Source: Bugula neritina (taxonomy: Eukaryota > Animalia > Bryozoa). Taken from it: a stretch of 64,000 nucleotides of DNA. Location of the stretch: contig OZ037771.1 of assembly GCA_964035545.1 (NCBI GenBank), positions 1-64,000 on the forward strand. The letters run 5' to 3'. The translations under genes and the position numbers were made by a program. Below are positions 1 to 13,840 of this stretch, piece after piece (position 1 is the stretch's first letter; each line of letters starts with the position of its first letter). The notes beneath the pieces are model-generated. The model had not been told where the DNA came from and did no database searches. It saw only the letters and a program-made list of their open reading frames with translations.

Positions 1-3000
1 CCCAAACCCCAAACCCCAAACCCCAAACCCCAAACCCCAAAACCCCAAACCCACCCAAACCCCAAACCCCCAACCCCAAACCCCAAACCCCAAACCCCAA
101 ACCCCAAACCCCAAACCCCAAACCCCAAACCCCAAACCCAAACCCCAAACCCCAAACCCCAAACCCCAAACCCCAAACCCCAAACCCCAAACCCAACCCC
201 AAACCCCAAACCCAAACCCCAAACCCCAAACCCCAAACCCCAAACCCCAACCCCAAACCCCAAACCCCAAACCCCAAACCCCAAACCCCAAACCCCAACC
301 CCAAACCCCAAACCCCAAACCCCAAACCCCCAAACCCCAAACCCAAACCCCAAACCCCAAACCCCAAACCCCAAACCCCAAACCCCAAACCCCAAACCCC
401 AAACCCCAAACCCCAAACCCCAAACACCCAAACCCCAAACCCAAAACCCAAACCCCAAACCCCAAACCCCAAACCCCAAACCCCAAACCCCAAACCCCAA
501 ACCCCCCCCCAAAACCCCAAACCCCAAAACCCCAAACCCCAAACCCCAAACCCCAAACCCCCAACCCCAAACCCCAAACCCCAACCCCAAACCCCAAACC
601 CCAACCCCAAACCCCAAACCCAAACCCCAAACCCCAAACCCCAAACCCCAAACCCCAAACCCCAAACCCCAAACCCCAAACCCAAACCCCAAACCCCAAA
701 CCCCAAACCCAAACCCCAACCCCAAACCCCAAACCCCAAACCCCAAACCCCAAACCCCAAACCCCAAACCCCAAACCCCAAACCCCAAACCCCAAACCCC
801 AAACCCCAAACCCCAACCCCAAACCCCAAACCCCAAACCCCAAACCCCAAACCCCAAACACCCAAACCCCAAACCCCAAACCCCAAACCCAAACCCCAAA
901 CCCCAAACCCCAAACCCAAACCCCAAACCCCAAACCCCCAAACCCCAAACCCCAAACCCCAAACCCCAACCCCAAACCCCAAACCCCAAACCCCAAACCC
1001 CCCAAACCCCAAACCCCAAACCCCCAACCCCCCAAACCCCAAACCCCAAACCCCAAACCCCAAACCCCAAACCCCAAACCCCAAACCCCAAACCCCAAAC
1101 CCCAAACCCCAAACCCCAAACCCCAAACCCCAAACCCCAAACCCCAAACCCCAAACCCCAAACCCAAACCCCAAACCCCAAACCCCAAACCCCAAACCCC
1201 AAACCCCAAACCCCAAACCCCAAACCCCAAACCCAAACCCCAAACCCCAAACCCCAAACCCCAAACCCCAAACCCCAAACCCAAACCCCAAACCCCAAAC
1301 CCCAAACCCCAAACCCAAACCCCAAACCCCAAACCCCAAACCCCAAACCCCAAACCCCAAACCCCAAACCCCAAACCCCAAACCCCAAACCCCAAACCCC
1401 AAACCCCAAACCCCAAACCCCAAACCCCAAACCCCAAACCCCAAACCCCAAACCCCAAACCCCAAACCCCAAACCCCAAACCCCAAACCCCAAACCCCAA
1501 ACCCCAAACCCCAAACCCCAAACCCAAACCCCAAACCCCAAACCCCAAACCCCAAACCCCAAACCCCAAACCCCAAACCCCAAACCCCAAACCCCAAACC
1601 CCAAACCCCAAACCCCAAACCCCAAACCCCAAACCCCAAACCCCAAACCCCAAACCCCAAACCCCAAACCCCAAACCCCAAACCCCAAACCCCAAACCCC
1701 AAACCCCAAACCCCAAACCCCAAACCCCAAACCCCAAACCCCAAACCCCAAACCCCAAACCCCAAACCCCAAACCCCAAACCCCAAACCCCAAACCCCAA
1801 ACCCCAAACCCCAAACCCCAAACCCCAAACCCCAAACCCCAAACCCCAAACCCCAAACCCCAAACCCAAACCCCAAACCCCAAACCCCAAACCCCAAACC
1901 CCAAACCCCAAACCCCAAACCCCAAACCCCAAACCCCAAACCCCAAACCCCAAACCCCAAACCCCAAACCCCAAACCCCAAACCCCAAACCCCAAACCCC
2001 AAACCCCAAACCCCAAACCCCAAACCCCAAACCCCAAACCCCAAACCCCAAACCCCAACCCCAAACCCCAAACCCCAAACCCCAAACCCCAAACCCCAAA
2101 CCCCAAACCCCAAACCCCAAACCCCAAACCCCAAACCCCAAACCCCAAACCCCAAACCCCAAACCCAAACCCCAAACCCCAAACCCCAAACCCCAAACCC
2201 CAAACCCCAAACCCCAAACCCCAAACCCCAAACCCCAAACCCCAAACCCCAAACCCCAAACCCCAAACCCCAAACCCCAAACCCCAAACCCCAAACCCCA
2301 AACCCCAAACCCAAACCCCAAACCCCAAACCCCAAACCCCAAACCCCAAACCCCAAACCCCAAACCCCAAACCCCAAACCCCAAACCCCAAACCCCAAAC
2401 CCCAAACCCCAAACCCCAAACCCCAAACCCCAAACCCCAAACCCCAAACCCCAAACCCCAAACCCCAAACCCAAACCCCAAACCCCAAACCCCAAACCCC
2501 AAACCCCAAACCCCAAACCCCAAACCCCAAACCCCAAACCCCAAACCCCAAACCCCAAACCCCAAACCCCAAACCCCAAACCCCAAACCCCAAACCCCAA
2601 ACCCCAAACCCCAAACCCCAAACCCCAAACCCCAAACCCCAAACCCCAAACCCCAAACCCCAAACCCCAAACCCCAAACCCCAAACCCCAAACCCCAAAC
2701 CCCAAACCCCAAACCCCAAACCCCAAACCCCAAACCCCAAACCCCAAACCCCAAACCCCAAACCCCAAACCCCAAACCCCAAACCCCAAACCCCAAACCC
2801 CAAACCCCAAACCCCAAACCCCAAACCCCAAACCCCAAACCCCAAACCCCAAACCCCAAACCCAAACCCCAAACCCCAAACCCCAAACCCCAAACCCCAA
2901 ACCCCAAACCCCAAACCCCAAACCCCAAACCCCAAACCCCAAACCCCAAACCCCAAACCCCAAACCCCAAACCCCAAACCCCAAACCCCAAACCCCAAAC

Positions 3001-6000
3001 CCCAAACCCCAAACCCCAAACCCCAAACCCCAAACCCCAAACCCCAAACCCCAAACCCCAAACCCCAAACCCCAAACCCCAAACCCCAAACCCCAAACCC
3101 CAAACCCCAAACCCCAAACCCCAAACCCCAAACCCCAAACCCCAAACCCCAAACCCCAAACCCCAAACCCCAAACCCCAAACCCCAAACCCCAAACCCCA
3201 AACCCCAAACCCCAAACCCCAAACCCCAAACCCCAAACCCCAAACCCCAAACCCCAAACCCCAAACCCCAAACCCCAAACCCCAAACCCCAAACCCCAAA
3301 CCCCAAACCCCAAACCCCAAACCCCAAACCCCAAACCCCAAACCCCAAACCCCAAACCCCAAACCCCAAACCCCAAACCCCAAACCCCAAACCCCAAACC
3401 CCAAACCCCAAACCCCAAACCCCAAACCCCAAACCCCAAACCCCAAACCCCAAACCCCAAACCCCAAACCCCAAACCCCAAACCCCAAACCCCAAACCCC
3501 AAACCCCAAACCCCAAACCCCAAACCCCAAACCCCAAACCCCAAACCCCAAACCCCAAACCCCAAACCCAAACCCCAAACCCCAAACCCCAAACCCCAAA
3601 CCCCAAACCCCAAACCCCAAACCCCAAACCCCAAACCCCAAACCCCAAACCCCAAACCCCAAACCCCAAACCCCAAACCCCAAACCCCAAACCCCAAACC
3701 CCAAACCCCAAACCCCAAACCCCAAACCCCAAACCCCAAACCCCAAACCCCAAACCCCAAACCCCAAACCCCAAACCCCAAACCCCAAACCCCAAACCCC
3801 AAACCCCAAACCCCAAACCCCAAACCCCAAACCCCAAACCCCAAACCCCAAACCCCAAACCCCAAACCCCAAACCCCAAACCCCAAACCCCAAACCCCAA
3901 ACCCCAAACCCCAAACCCCAAACCCCAAACCCCAAACCCCAAACCCCAAACCCCAAACCCCAAACCCCAAACCCCAAACCCCAAACCCCAAACCCCAAAC
4001 CCCAAACCCCAAACCCCAAACCCCAAACCCCAAACCCCAAACCCCAAACCCCAAACCCCAAACCCCAAACCCCAAACCCCAAACCCCAAACCCCAAACCC
4101 CAAACCCCAAACCCCAAACCCCAAACCCCAAACCCCAAACCCCAAACCCCAAACCCCAAACCCCAAACCCCAAACCCCAAACCCCAAACCCCAAACCCCA
4201 AACCCCAAACCCCAAACCCCAAACCCCAAACCCCAAACCCCAAACCCCAAACCCCAAACCCCAAACCCCAAACCCCAAACCCCAAACCCCAAACCCCAAA
4301 CCCCAAACCCCAAACCCCAAACCCCAAACCCCAAACCCCAAACCCCAAACCCCAAACCCCAAACCCCAAACCCCAAACCCCAAACCCCAAACCCCAAACC
4401 CCAAACCCCAAACCCCAAACCCCAAACCCCAAACCCCAAACCCCAAACCCCAAACCCCAAACCCCAAACCCCAAACCCCAAACCCCAAACCCCAAACCCC
4501 AAACCCCAAACCCCAAACCCCAAACCCCAAACCCCAAACCCCAAACCCCAAACCCCAAACCCCAAACCCCAAACCCCAAACCCCAAACCCCAAACCCCAA
4601 ACCCCAAACCCCAAACCCCAAACCCCAAACCCCAAACCCCAAACCCCAAACCCCAAACCCCAAACCCCAAACCCCAAACCCCAAACCCCAAACCCCAAAC
4701 CCCAAACCCCAAACCCCAAACCCCAAACCCCAAACCCCAAACCCCAAACCCCAAACCCCAAACCCCAAACCCCAAACCCCAAACCCCAAACCCCAAACCC
4801 CAAACCCCAAACCCCAAACCCCAAACCCCAAACCCCAAACCCCAAACCCCAAACCCCAAACCCCAAACCCCAAACCCCAAACCCCAAACCCCAAACCCCA
4901 AACCCCAAACCCCAAACCCCAAACCCCAAACCCCAAACCCCAAACCCCAAACCCCAAACCCCAAACCCCAAACCCCAAACCCCAAACCCCAAACCCCAAA
5001 CCCCAAACCCCAAACCCCAAACCCCAAACCCCAAACCCCAAACCCCAAACCCCAAACCCCAAACCCCAAACCCCAAACCCCAAACCCCAAACCCCAAACC
5101 CCAAACCCCAAACCCCAAACCCCAAACCCCAAACCCCAAACCCCAAACCCCAAACCCCAAACCCCAAACCCCAAACCCCAAACCCCAAACCCCAAACCCC
5201 AAACCCCAAACCCCAAACCCCAAACCCCAAACCCCAAACCCCAAACCCCAAACCCCAAACCCCAAACCCCAAACCCCAAACCCCAAACCCCAAACCCCAA
5301 ACCCCAAACCCCAAACCCCAAACCCCAAACCCCAAACCCCAAACCCCAAACCCCAAACCCCAAACCCCAAACCCCAAACCCCAAACCCCAAACCCCAAAC
5401 CCCAAACCCCAAACCCCAAACCCCAAACCCCAAACCCCAAACCCCAAACCCCAAACCCCAAACCCCAAACCCCAAACCCCAAACCCCAAACCCCAAACCC
5501 CAAACCCCAAACCCCAAACCCCAAACCCCAAACCCCAAACCCCAAACCCCAAACCCCAAACCCCAAACCCCAAACCCCAAACCCCAAACCCCAAACCCCA
5601 AACCCCAAACCCCAAACCCCAAACCCCAAACCCCAAACCCCAAACCCCAAACCCCAAACCCCAAACCCCAAACCCCAAACCCCAAACCCCAAACCCCAAA
5701 CCCCAAACCCCAAACCCCAAACCCCAAACCCCAAACCCCAAACCCCAAACCCCAAACCCCAAACCCCAAACCCCAAACCCCAAACCCCAAACCCCAAACC
5801 CCAAACCCCAAACCCCAAACCCCAAACCCCAAACCCCAAACCCCAAACCCCAAACCCCAAACCCCAAACCCCAAACCCCAAACCCCAAACCCCAAACCCC
5901 AAACCCCAAACCCCAACCCCAAACCCCAAACCCCAAACCCCAAACCCCAAACCCCAAACCCCAAACCCCAAACCCCAAACCCCAAACCCCAAACCCCAAA

Positions 6001-9000
6001 CCCCAAACCCCAAACCCCAAACCCCAAACCCCAAACCCCAAACCCCAAACCCCAAACCCCAAACCCCAAACCCCAAACCCCAAACCCCAAACCCCAAACC
6101 CCAAACCCCAAACCCCAAACCCCAAACCCCAAACCCCAAACCCCAAACCCCAAACCCCAAACCCCAAACCCCAAACCCCAAACCCCAAACCCCAAACCCC
6201 AAACCCCAAACCCCAAACCCCAAACCCCAAACCCCAAACCCCAAACCCCAAACCCCAAACCCCAAACCCCAAACCCCAAACCCCAAACCCCAAACCCCAA
6301 ACCCCAAACCCCAAACCCCAAACCCCAAACCCCAAACCCCAAACCCCAAACCCCAAACCCCAAACCCCAAACCCCAAACCCCAAACCCCAAACCCCAAAC
6401 CCCAAACCCCAAACCCCAAACCCCAAACCCCAAACCCCAAACCCCAAACCCCAAACCCCAAACCCCAAACCCCAAACCCCAAACCCCAAACCCCAAACCC
6501 CAAACCCCAAACCCCAAACCCCAAACCCCAAACCCCAAACCCCAAACCCCAAACCCCAAACCCCAAACCCCAAACCCCAAACCCCAAACCCCAAACCCCA
6601 AACCCCAAACCCCAAACCCCAAACCCCAAACCCCAAACCCCAAACCCCAAACCCCAAACCCCAAACCCCAAACCCCAAACCCCAAACCCCAAACCCCAAA
6701 CCCCAAACCCCAAACCCCAAACCCCAAACCCCAAACCCCAAACCCCAAACCCCAAACCCCAAACCCCAAACCCCAAACCCCAAACCCCAAACCCCAAACC
6801 CCAAACCCCAAACCCCAAACCCCAAACCCCAAACCCCAAACCCCAAACCCCAAACCCCAAACCCCAAACCCCAAACCCCAAACCCCAAACCCCAAACCCC
6901 AAACCCCAAACCCCAAACCCCAAACCCCAAACCCCAAACCCCAAACCCCAAACCCCAAACCCCAAACCCCAAACCCCAAACCCCAAACCCCAAACCCCAA
7001 ACCCCAAACCCCAAACCCCAAACCCCAAACCCCAAACCCCAAACCCCAAACCCCAAACCCCAAACCCCAAACCCCAAACCCCAAACCCCAAACCCCAAAC
7101 CCCAAACCCCAAACCCCAAACCCCAAACCCCAAACCCCAAACCCCAAACCCCAAACCCCAAACCCCAAACCCCAAACCCCAAACCCCAAACCCCAAACCC
7201 CAAACCCCAAACCCCAAACCCCAAACCCCAAACCCCAAACCCCAAACCCCAAACCCCAAACCCCAAACCCCAAACCCCAAACCCCAAACCCCAAACCCCA
7301 AACCCCAAACCCCAAACCCCAAACCCCAAACCCCAAACCCCAAACCCCAAACCCCAAACCCCAAACCCCAAACCCCAAACCCCAAACCCCAAACCCCAAA
7401 CCCCAAACCCCAAACCCCAAACCCCAAACCCCAAACCCCAAACCCCAAACCCCAAACCCCAAACCCCAAACCCCAAACCCCAAACCCCAAACCCCAAACC
7501 CCAAACCCCAAACCCCAAACCCCAAACCCCAAACCCCAAACCCCAAACCCCAAACCCCAAACCCCAAACCCCAAACCCCAAACCCCAAACCCCAAACCCC
7601 AAACCCCAAACCCCAAACCCCAAACCCCAAACCCCAAACCCCAAACCCCAAACCCCAAACCCCAAACCCCAAACCCCAAACCCCAAACCCCAAACCCCAA
7701 ACCCCAAACCCCAAACCCCAAACCCCAAACCCCAAACCCCAAACCCCAAACCCCAAACCCCAAACCCCAAACCCCAAACCCCAAACCCCAAACCCCAAAC
7801 CCCAAACCCCAAACCCCAAACCCCAAACCCCAAACCCCAAACCCCAAACCCCAAACCCCAAACCCCAAACCCCAAACCCCAAACCCCAAACCCCAAACCC
7901 CAAACCCCAAACCCCAAACCCCAAACCCCAAACCCCAAACCCCAAACCCCAAACCCCAAACCCCAAACCCCAAACCCCAAACCCCAAACCCCAAACCCCA
8001 AACCCCAAACCCCAAACCCCAAACCCCAAACCCCAAACCCCAAACCCCAAACCCCAAACCCCAAACCCCAAACCCCAAACCCCAAACCCCAAACCCCAAA
8101 CCCCAAACCCCAAACCCCAAACCCCAAACCCCAAACCCCAAACCCCAAACCCCAAACCCCAAACCCCAAACCCCAAACCCCAAACCCCAAACCCCAAACC
8201 CCAAACCCCAAACCCCAAACCCCAAACCCCAAACCCCAAACCCCAAACCCCAAACCCCAAACCCCAAACCCCAAACCCCAAACCCCAAACCCCAAACCCC
8301 AAACCCCAAACCCCAAACCCCAAACCCCAAACCCCAAACCCCAAACCCCAAACCCCAAACCCCAAACCCCAAACCCCAAACCCCAAACCCCAAACCCCAA
8401 ACCCCAAACCCCAAACCCCAAACCCCAAACCCCAAACCCCAAACCCCAAACCCCAAACCCCAAACCCCAAACCCCAAACCCCAAACCCCAAACCCCAAAC
8501 CCCAAACCCCAAACCCCAAACCCCAAACCCCAAACCCCAAACCCCAAACCCCAAACCCCAAACCCCAAACCCCAAACCCCAAACCCCAAACCCCAAACCC
8601 CAAACCCCAAACCCCAAACCCCAAACCCCAAACCCCAAACCCCAAACCCCAAACCCCAAACCCCAAACCCCAAACCCCAAACCCCAAACCCCAAACCCCA
8701 AACCCCAAACCCCAAACCCCAAACCCCAAACCCCAAACCCCAAACCCCAAACCCCAAACCCCAAACCCCAAACCCCAAACCCCAAACCCCAAACCCCAAA
8801 CCCCAAACCCCAAACCCCAAACCCCAAACCCCAAACCCCAAACCCCAAACCCCAAACCCCAAACCCCAAACCCCAAACCCCAAACCCCAAACCCCAAACC
8901 CCAAACCCCAAACCCCAAACCCCAAACCCCAAACCCCAAACCCCAAACCCCAAACCCCAAACCCCAAACCCCAAACCCCAAACCCCAAACCCCAAACCCC

Positions 9001-11090
9001 AAACCCCAAACCCCAAACCCCAAACCCCAAACCCCAAACCCCAAACCCCAAACCCCAAACCCCAAACCCCAAACCCCAAACCCCAAACCCCAAACCCCAA
9101 ACCCCAAACCCCAAACCCCAAACCCCAAACCCCAAACCCCAAACCCCAAACCCCAAACCCCAAACCCCAAACCCCAAACCCCAAACCCCAAACCCCAAAC
9201 CCCAAACCCCAAACCCCAAACCCCAAACCCCAAACCCCAAACCCCAAACCCCAAACCCCAAACCCCAAACCCCAAACCCCAAACCCCAAACCCCAAACCC
9301 CAAACCCCAAACCCCAAACCCCAAACCCCAAACCCCAAACCCCAAACCCCAAACCCCAAACCCCAAACCCCAAACCCCAAACCCCAAACCCCAAACCCCA
9401 AACCCCAAACCCCAAACCCCAAACCCCAAACCCCAAACCCCAAACCCCAAACCCCAAACCCCAAACCCCAAACCCCAAACCCCAAACCCCAAACCCCAAA
9501 CCCCAAACCCCAAACCCCAAACCCCAAACCCCAAACCCCAAACCCCAAACCCCAAACCCCAAACCCCAAACCCCAAACCCCAAACCCCAAACCCCAAACC
9601 CCAAACCCCAAACCCCAAACCCCAAACCCCAAACCCCAAACCCCAAACCCCAAACCCCAAACCCCAAACCCCAAACCCCAAACCCCAAACCCCAAACCCC
9701 AAACCCCAAACCCCAAACCCCAAACCCCAAACCCCAAACCCCAAACCCCAAACCCCAAACCCCAAACCCCAAACCCCAAACCCCAAACCCCAAACCCCAA
9801 ACCCCAAACCCCAAACCCCAAACCCCAAACCCCAAACCCCAAACCCCAAACCCCAAACCCCAAACCCCAAACCCCAAACCCCAAACCCCAAACCCCAAAC
9901 CCCAAACCCCAAACCCCAAACCCCAAACCCCAAACCCCAAACCCCAAACCCCAAACCCCAAACCCCAAACCCCAAACCCCAAACCCCAAACCCCAAACCC
10001 CAAACCCCAAACCCCAAACCCCAAACCCCAAACCCCAAACCCCAAACCCCAAACCCCAAACCCCAAACCCCAAACCCCAAACCCCAAACCCCAAACCCCA
10101 AACCCCAAACCCCAAACCCCAAACCCCAAACCCCAAACCCCAAACCCCAAACCCCAAACCCCAAACCCCAAACCCCAAACCCCAAACCCCAAACCCCAAA
10201 CCCCAAACCCCAAACCCCAAACCCCAAACCCCAAACCCCAAACCCCAAACCCCAAACCCCAAACCCCAAACCCCAAACCCCAAACCCCAAACCCCAAACC
10301 CCAAACCCCAAACCCCAAACCCCAAACCCCAAACCCCAAACCCCAAACCCCAAACCCCAAACCCCAAACCCCAAACCCCAAACCCCAAACCCCAAACCCC
10401 AAACCCCAAACCCCAAACCCCAAACCCCAAACCCCAAACCCCAAACCCCAAACCCCAAACCCCAAACCCCAAACCCCAAACCCCAAACCCCAAACCCCAA
10501 ACCCCAAACCCCAAACCCCAAACCCCAAACCCCAAACCCCAAACCCCAAACCCCAAACCCCAAACCCCAAACCCCAAACCCCAAACCCCAAACCCCAAAC
10601 CCCAAACCCCAAACCCCAAACCCCAAACCCCAAACCCCAAACCCCAAACCCCAAACCCCAAACCCCAAACCCCAAACCCCAAACCCCAAACCCCAAACCC
10701 CAAACCCCAAACCCCAAACCCCAAACCCCAAACCCCAAACCCCAAACCCCAAACCCCAAACCCCAAACCCCAAACCCCAAACCCCAAACCCCAAACCCCA
10801 AACCCCAAACCCCAAACCCCAAACCCCAAACCCCAAACCCCAAACCCCAAACCCCAAACCCCAAACCCCAAACCCCAAACCCCAAACCCCAAACCCCAAA
10901 CCCCAAACCCCAAACCCCAAACCCCAAACCCCAAACCCCAAACCCCAAACCCCAAACCCCAAACCCCAAACCCCAAACCCCAAACCCCAAACCCCAAACC
11001 CCAAACCCCAAACCCCAAACCCCAAACCCCAAACCCCAAACCCCAAACCCCAAACCCCAAACCCCAAACCCCAACCCCAAACCCCAAACC
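1..11090 (-). repeat. Telomeric tract (CCCCAAA)n, G-strand (TTTGGGG)n
   Basis: ~11 kb near-perfect 7-bp tandem array at the very start of the window, with the C-rich strand at the 5' end as expected for a left chromosome end. Variants are concentrated distally. Confidence 0.96.
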
Positions 11091-11762
11091 ACTAATTTTC
11101 ATAATTCTCAAACCTTCACAAACCACTAATTTTCATAATCATACAATTAGCGAGACCACCAAACACACTCAACTATCAATTGTTTATGACATCCGAACTT
11201 ATAGATTACATTAGTGGAACTCCACTTCAATGTTGTCCTCTTTTGGCTAGTTTTCTTACCCTTTGCTACCTTGAGCTCACTCAGCAACTCTTAGCTTTCA
11301 TATGGACAGTTTGCCAAACTCGTGATTAGATACATAATGCTGCATTCGTTTGGTCAGTAATTAATTTAGCATATTTCCTCGAAGTTAACATACCAACCAC
11401 ATAACTTTCCATTGGTAGTTTTCTACACAACTTTACCTCTCTATCATTTCTTACAGTCACTCTTCACCATATTCGAGTTATCCTCTTTTTAAATTGAATG
11501 AAACTTGTACTATTTCAAACTATATTGGCCTTATGGTTTATATACTTTTTTTGCTTTTTAAGGCTATGGTTTTTAAACCTTGTGCTTCACCCATTCTTTT
11601 CCGTTGCTGATCAACGAATTATCCTAATATATACACTTAATCTATAGCTCGCACTCTCTTGAGTCTGTTGTCATTTTTTATTATTTGTTCAACCAATAGA
11701 AAGCCGTTATTCACAGTCCATGGATATTAAAGCCGTGCACGGCCAGTCATGCGTCACGATAC

Positions 11763-11780
11763 ATGACGTAACAAGCACGT
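11763..11780 (+). promoter_or_regulatory. CRE/E-box-like motif ATGACGTAACAAGCACGT, putative promoter of left lncRNA unit
   Basis: 18/18 match to the reverse complement of 33281-33298 while the flanks are unrelated. Lies in a locally CpG-rich patch upstream of a series of exon-like modules. Confidence 0.5.
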
Positions 11781-13528
11781 ATTCAATCGTGGTTCTAATT
11801 GGATCGCCATTCATCATTCACTCGGCTGAACCTACATTGATGTCTTCTGCAAGTTCTGTTTAGAGAATCCTTAACCCTGTCGCGGTATCTGTATCGACTG
11901 CTAATTCAATTAAATTTCAAGTCGTGGCTCCTTGCATTTAATTATAATCGTTTTCATTTTATGTCAAACGTCATCATTAAGATTATGTTAGTAATAGTAA
12001 CACTAAGGCTAATGATTTAAGTAATGCCAATAGACTATAGAGTAATAGTAGCTCACTTGACTATTTTTAGTAGTTTTAGTAGCTTATTAGTATTACTATT
12101 AGTATTACTAACACAAATACTTGCACTAACAGTACTAGTAAGAGTAATATTAATAGTTATAGTATTAGTTGTCATTTTTGTTTTTATTATCAGAATAAAT
12201 ATCAATATGATATTGATAACCATAGGCAACAAAAGTCGATGATGATTATAATCATAATGATAATGTCAACTATTGTTATAATAATTATAATCATAACTGC
12301 AATGCCTAATGATTATAATAATATTTTAAATTATGATATTGATTATTATTCTCATTTTCATTCTCTTCCAGGCTCCCGTTTTATTTTATTTTCCCACAAC
12401 TCAAACCTCTACTGGTAACTTATAAGCATGTCTATGACCATTAGTCATAATTGTAATGAAATGTTATTTCAAGTTGGGTGTCTTTATTTGTGTTTCGTCC
12501 GTCTAGTTTTAGCACTTGTTCTAGTCTCTTGGAAATTGGGTTTTATGCATATTGATATTCATCATTATAATCACTACTATTCTACTTTGTTACCATCAGT
12601 ATATGACTACGAAAATTTATATTCATCATTCAAATTGATATTATGAATAGAGTAAAAATTTTACTCCATTAGTTGTGTTTGTTTTTATGCTAATGACAAA
12701 TAGGTAATAGTAGTATAAAAATATAATATGTTTTGTATTTTCATACTCGAGTTTATGTAATATTAGAATGGTAATTTGTTCCTATTTTTCATTCATTTAA
12801 GTTAGTCAGTTTGAACTCATTTTCAGTTCAAAATCATTTAATTTGTATGTAATATGATTCACTCATTTTGAGTTTTGACAATTTTCCCTCATTCCCTATT
12901 AAGTATTTCCATACCGTTTAAACACCATGATCATGCTCAGGTTTTGCCAAAGTTGATTTTTTTAAATCAACACTCAATGTTTCGAGGCAATCAGTTTCAC
13001 CATTATGGCCTGTTTCTTGTAATCTACTGTATTTAGATGAATAGTGTTTACAAAGTCAATAATGATCCTAATATAACACTTCCTCTGCTGAATTCAGATT
13101 AGTAACACATGCAGGCAGTAGAATGCTTTTATGACTGTTGTTTTCACTTCACTCTGCTTCACTTTTGCCATTTCTGTTTGTTCACGGTTTCTCAGATTTG
13201 TGTAAAAGCTGTTGTTTGTTTCTTCTCAGTATTTTTAGTTTTTCAGTTTAAACCCCAAACCCCATATCACATATTATCTAATATTGTAAAACATTCCAAA
13301 TTTTCCATCTGTTTAAATTTCTGATTCACTTTTTGAATATTGTAGTTATTTGTGGAGGAAACTTGCAGTATTTTCTAAAAATCATCTACATACCTGTATA
13401 GTTACATATCTATTCTATTGTGTGTTTTTTAATAATCAATAATGTGCCATGCTATTTCACGTGATGTAATAATTTTATTATCAGCTAACTCTGGTAAGTG
13501 AAATTTGTGCAGCTTGCTGCTTGCTCCT

Positions 13529-13840
13529 AATGTAGTTGTCTTCTCTTGTTTTTTTTGAAGTTCCATTACGAAGTTGTCTTCTTTTGTTTTCCTGAACTCT
13601 CATAATGTAGTTGTCTTCTCCTGTTCTCCTAAAGTTCCATTATGTAGTTGTCTTCTCTTGTTTTCTTAAAGTTCCATTGCGAAGTTGTCATTTTTTGTTT
13701 TCCTGAACTCTCGTAATGTAGTTGTCTTCTCTTGTTTTCTTAAAGTTCCATTGCGAAGTTGTCATTTTTTGTTTTCCTGAACTCTCGTAATGTAGTTGTC
13801 TTCTCTCAGTTTCTTGGAATATGATGAGGTAGTTGTTTTC
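13529..13840. repeat. Degenerate ~39-bp (dimer ~77-bp) tandem repeat
   Basis: Recurrent GTAGTTGTCTTCTCTTGTTTTC / GAAGTTGTC units. Confidence 0.85.

Noticed and set aside
1-1100. Variant telomere units at the distal tip as biological degeneracy
   Set aside because: Mostly homopolymer length changes that increase toward the contig end, as expected from low-coverage consensus error.
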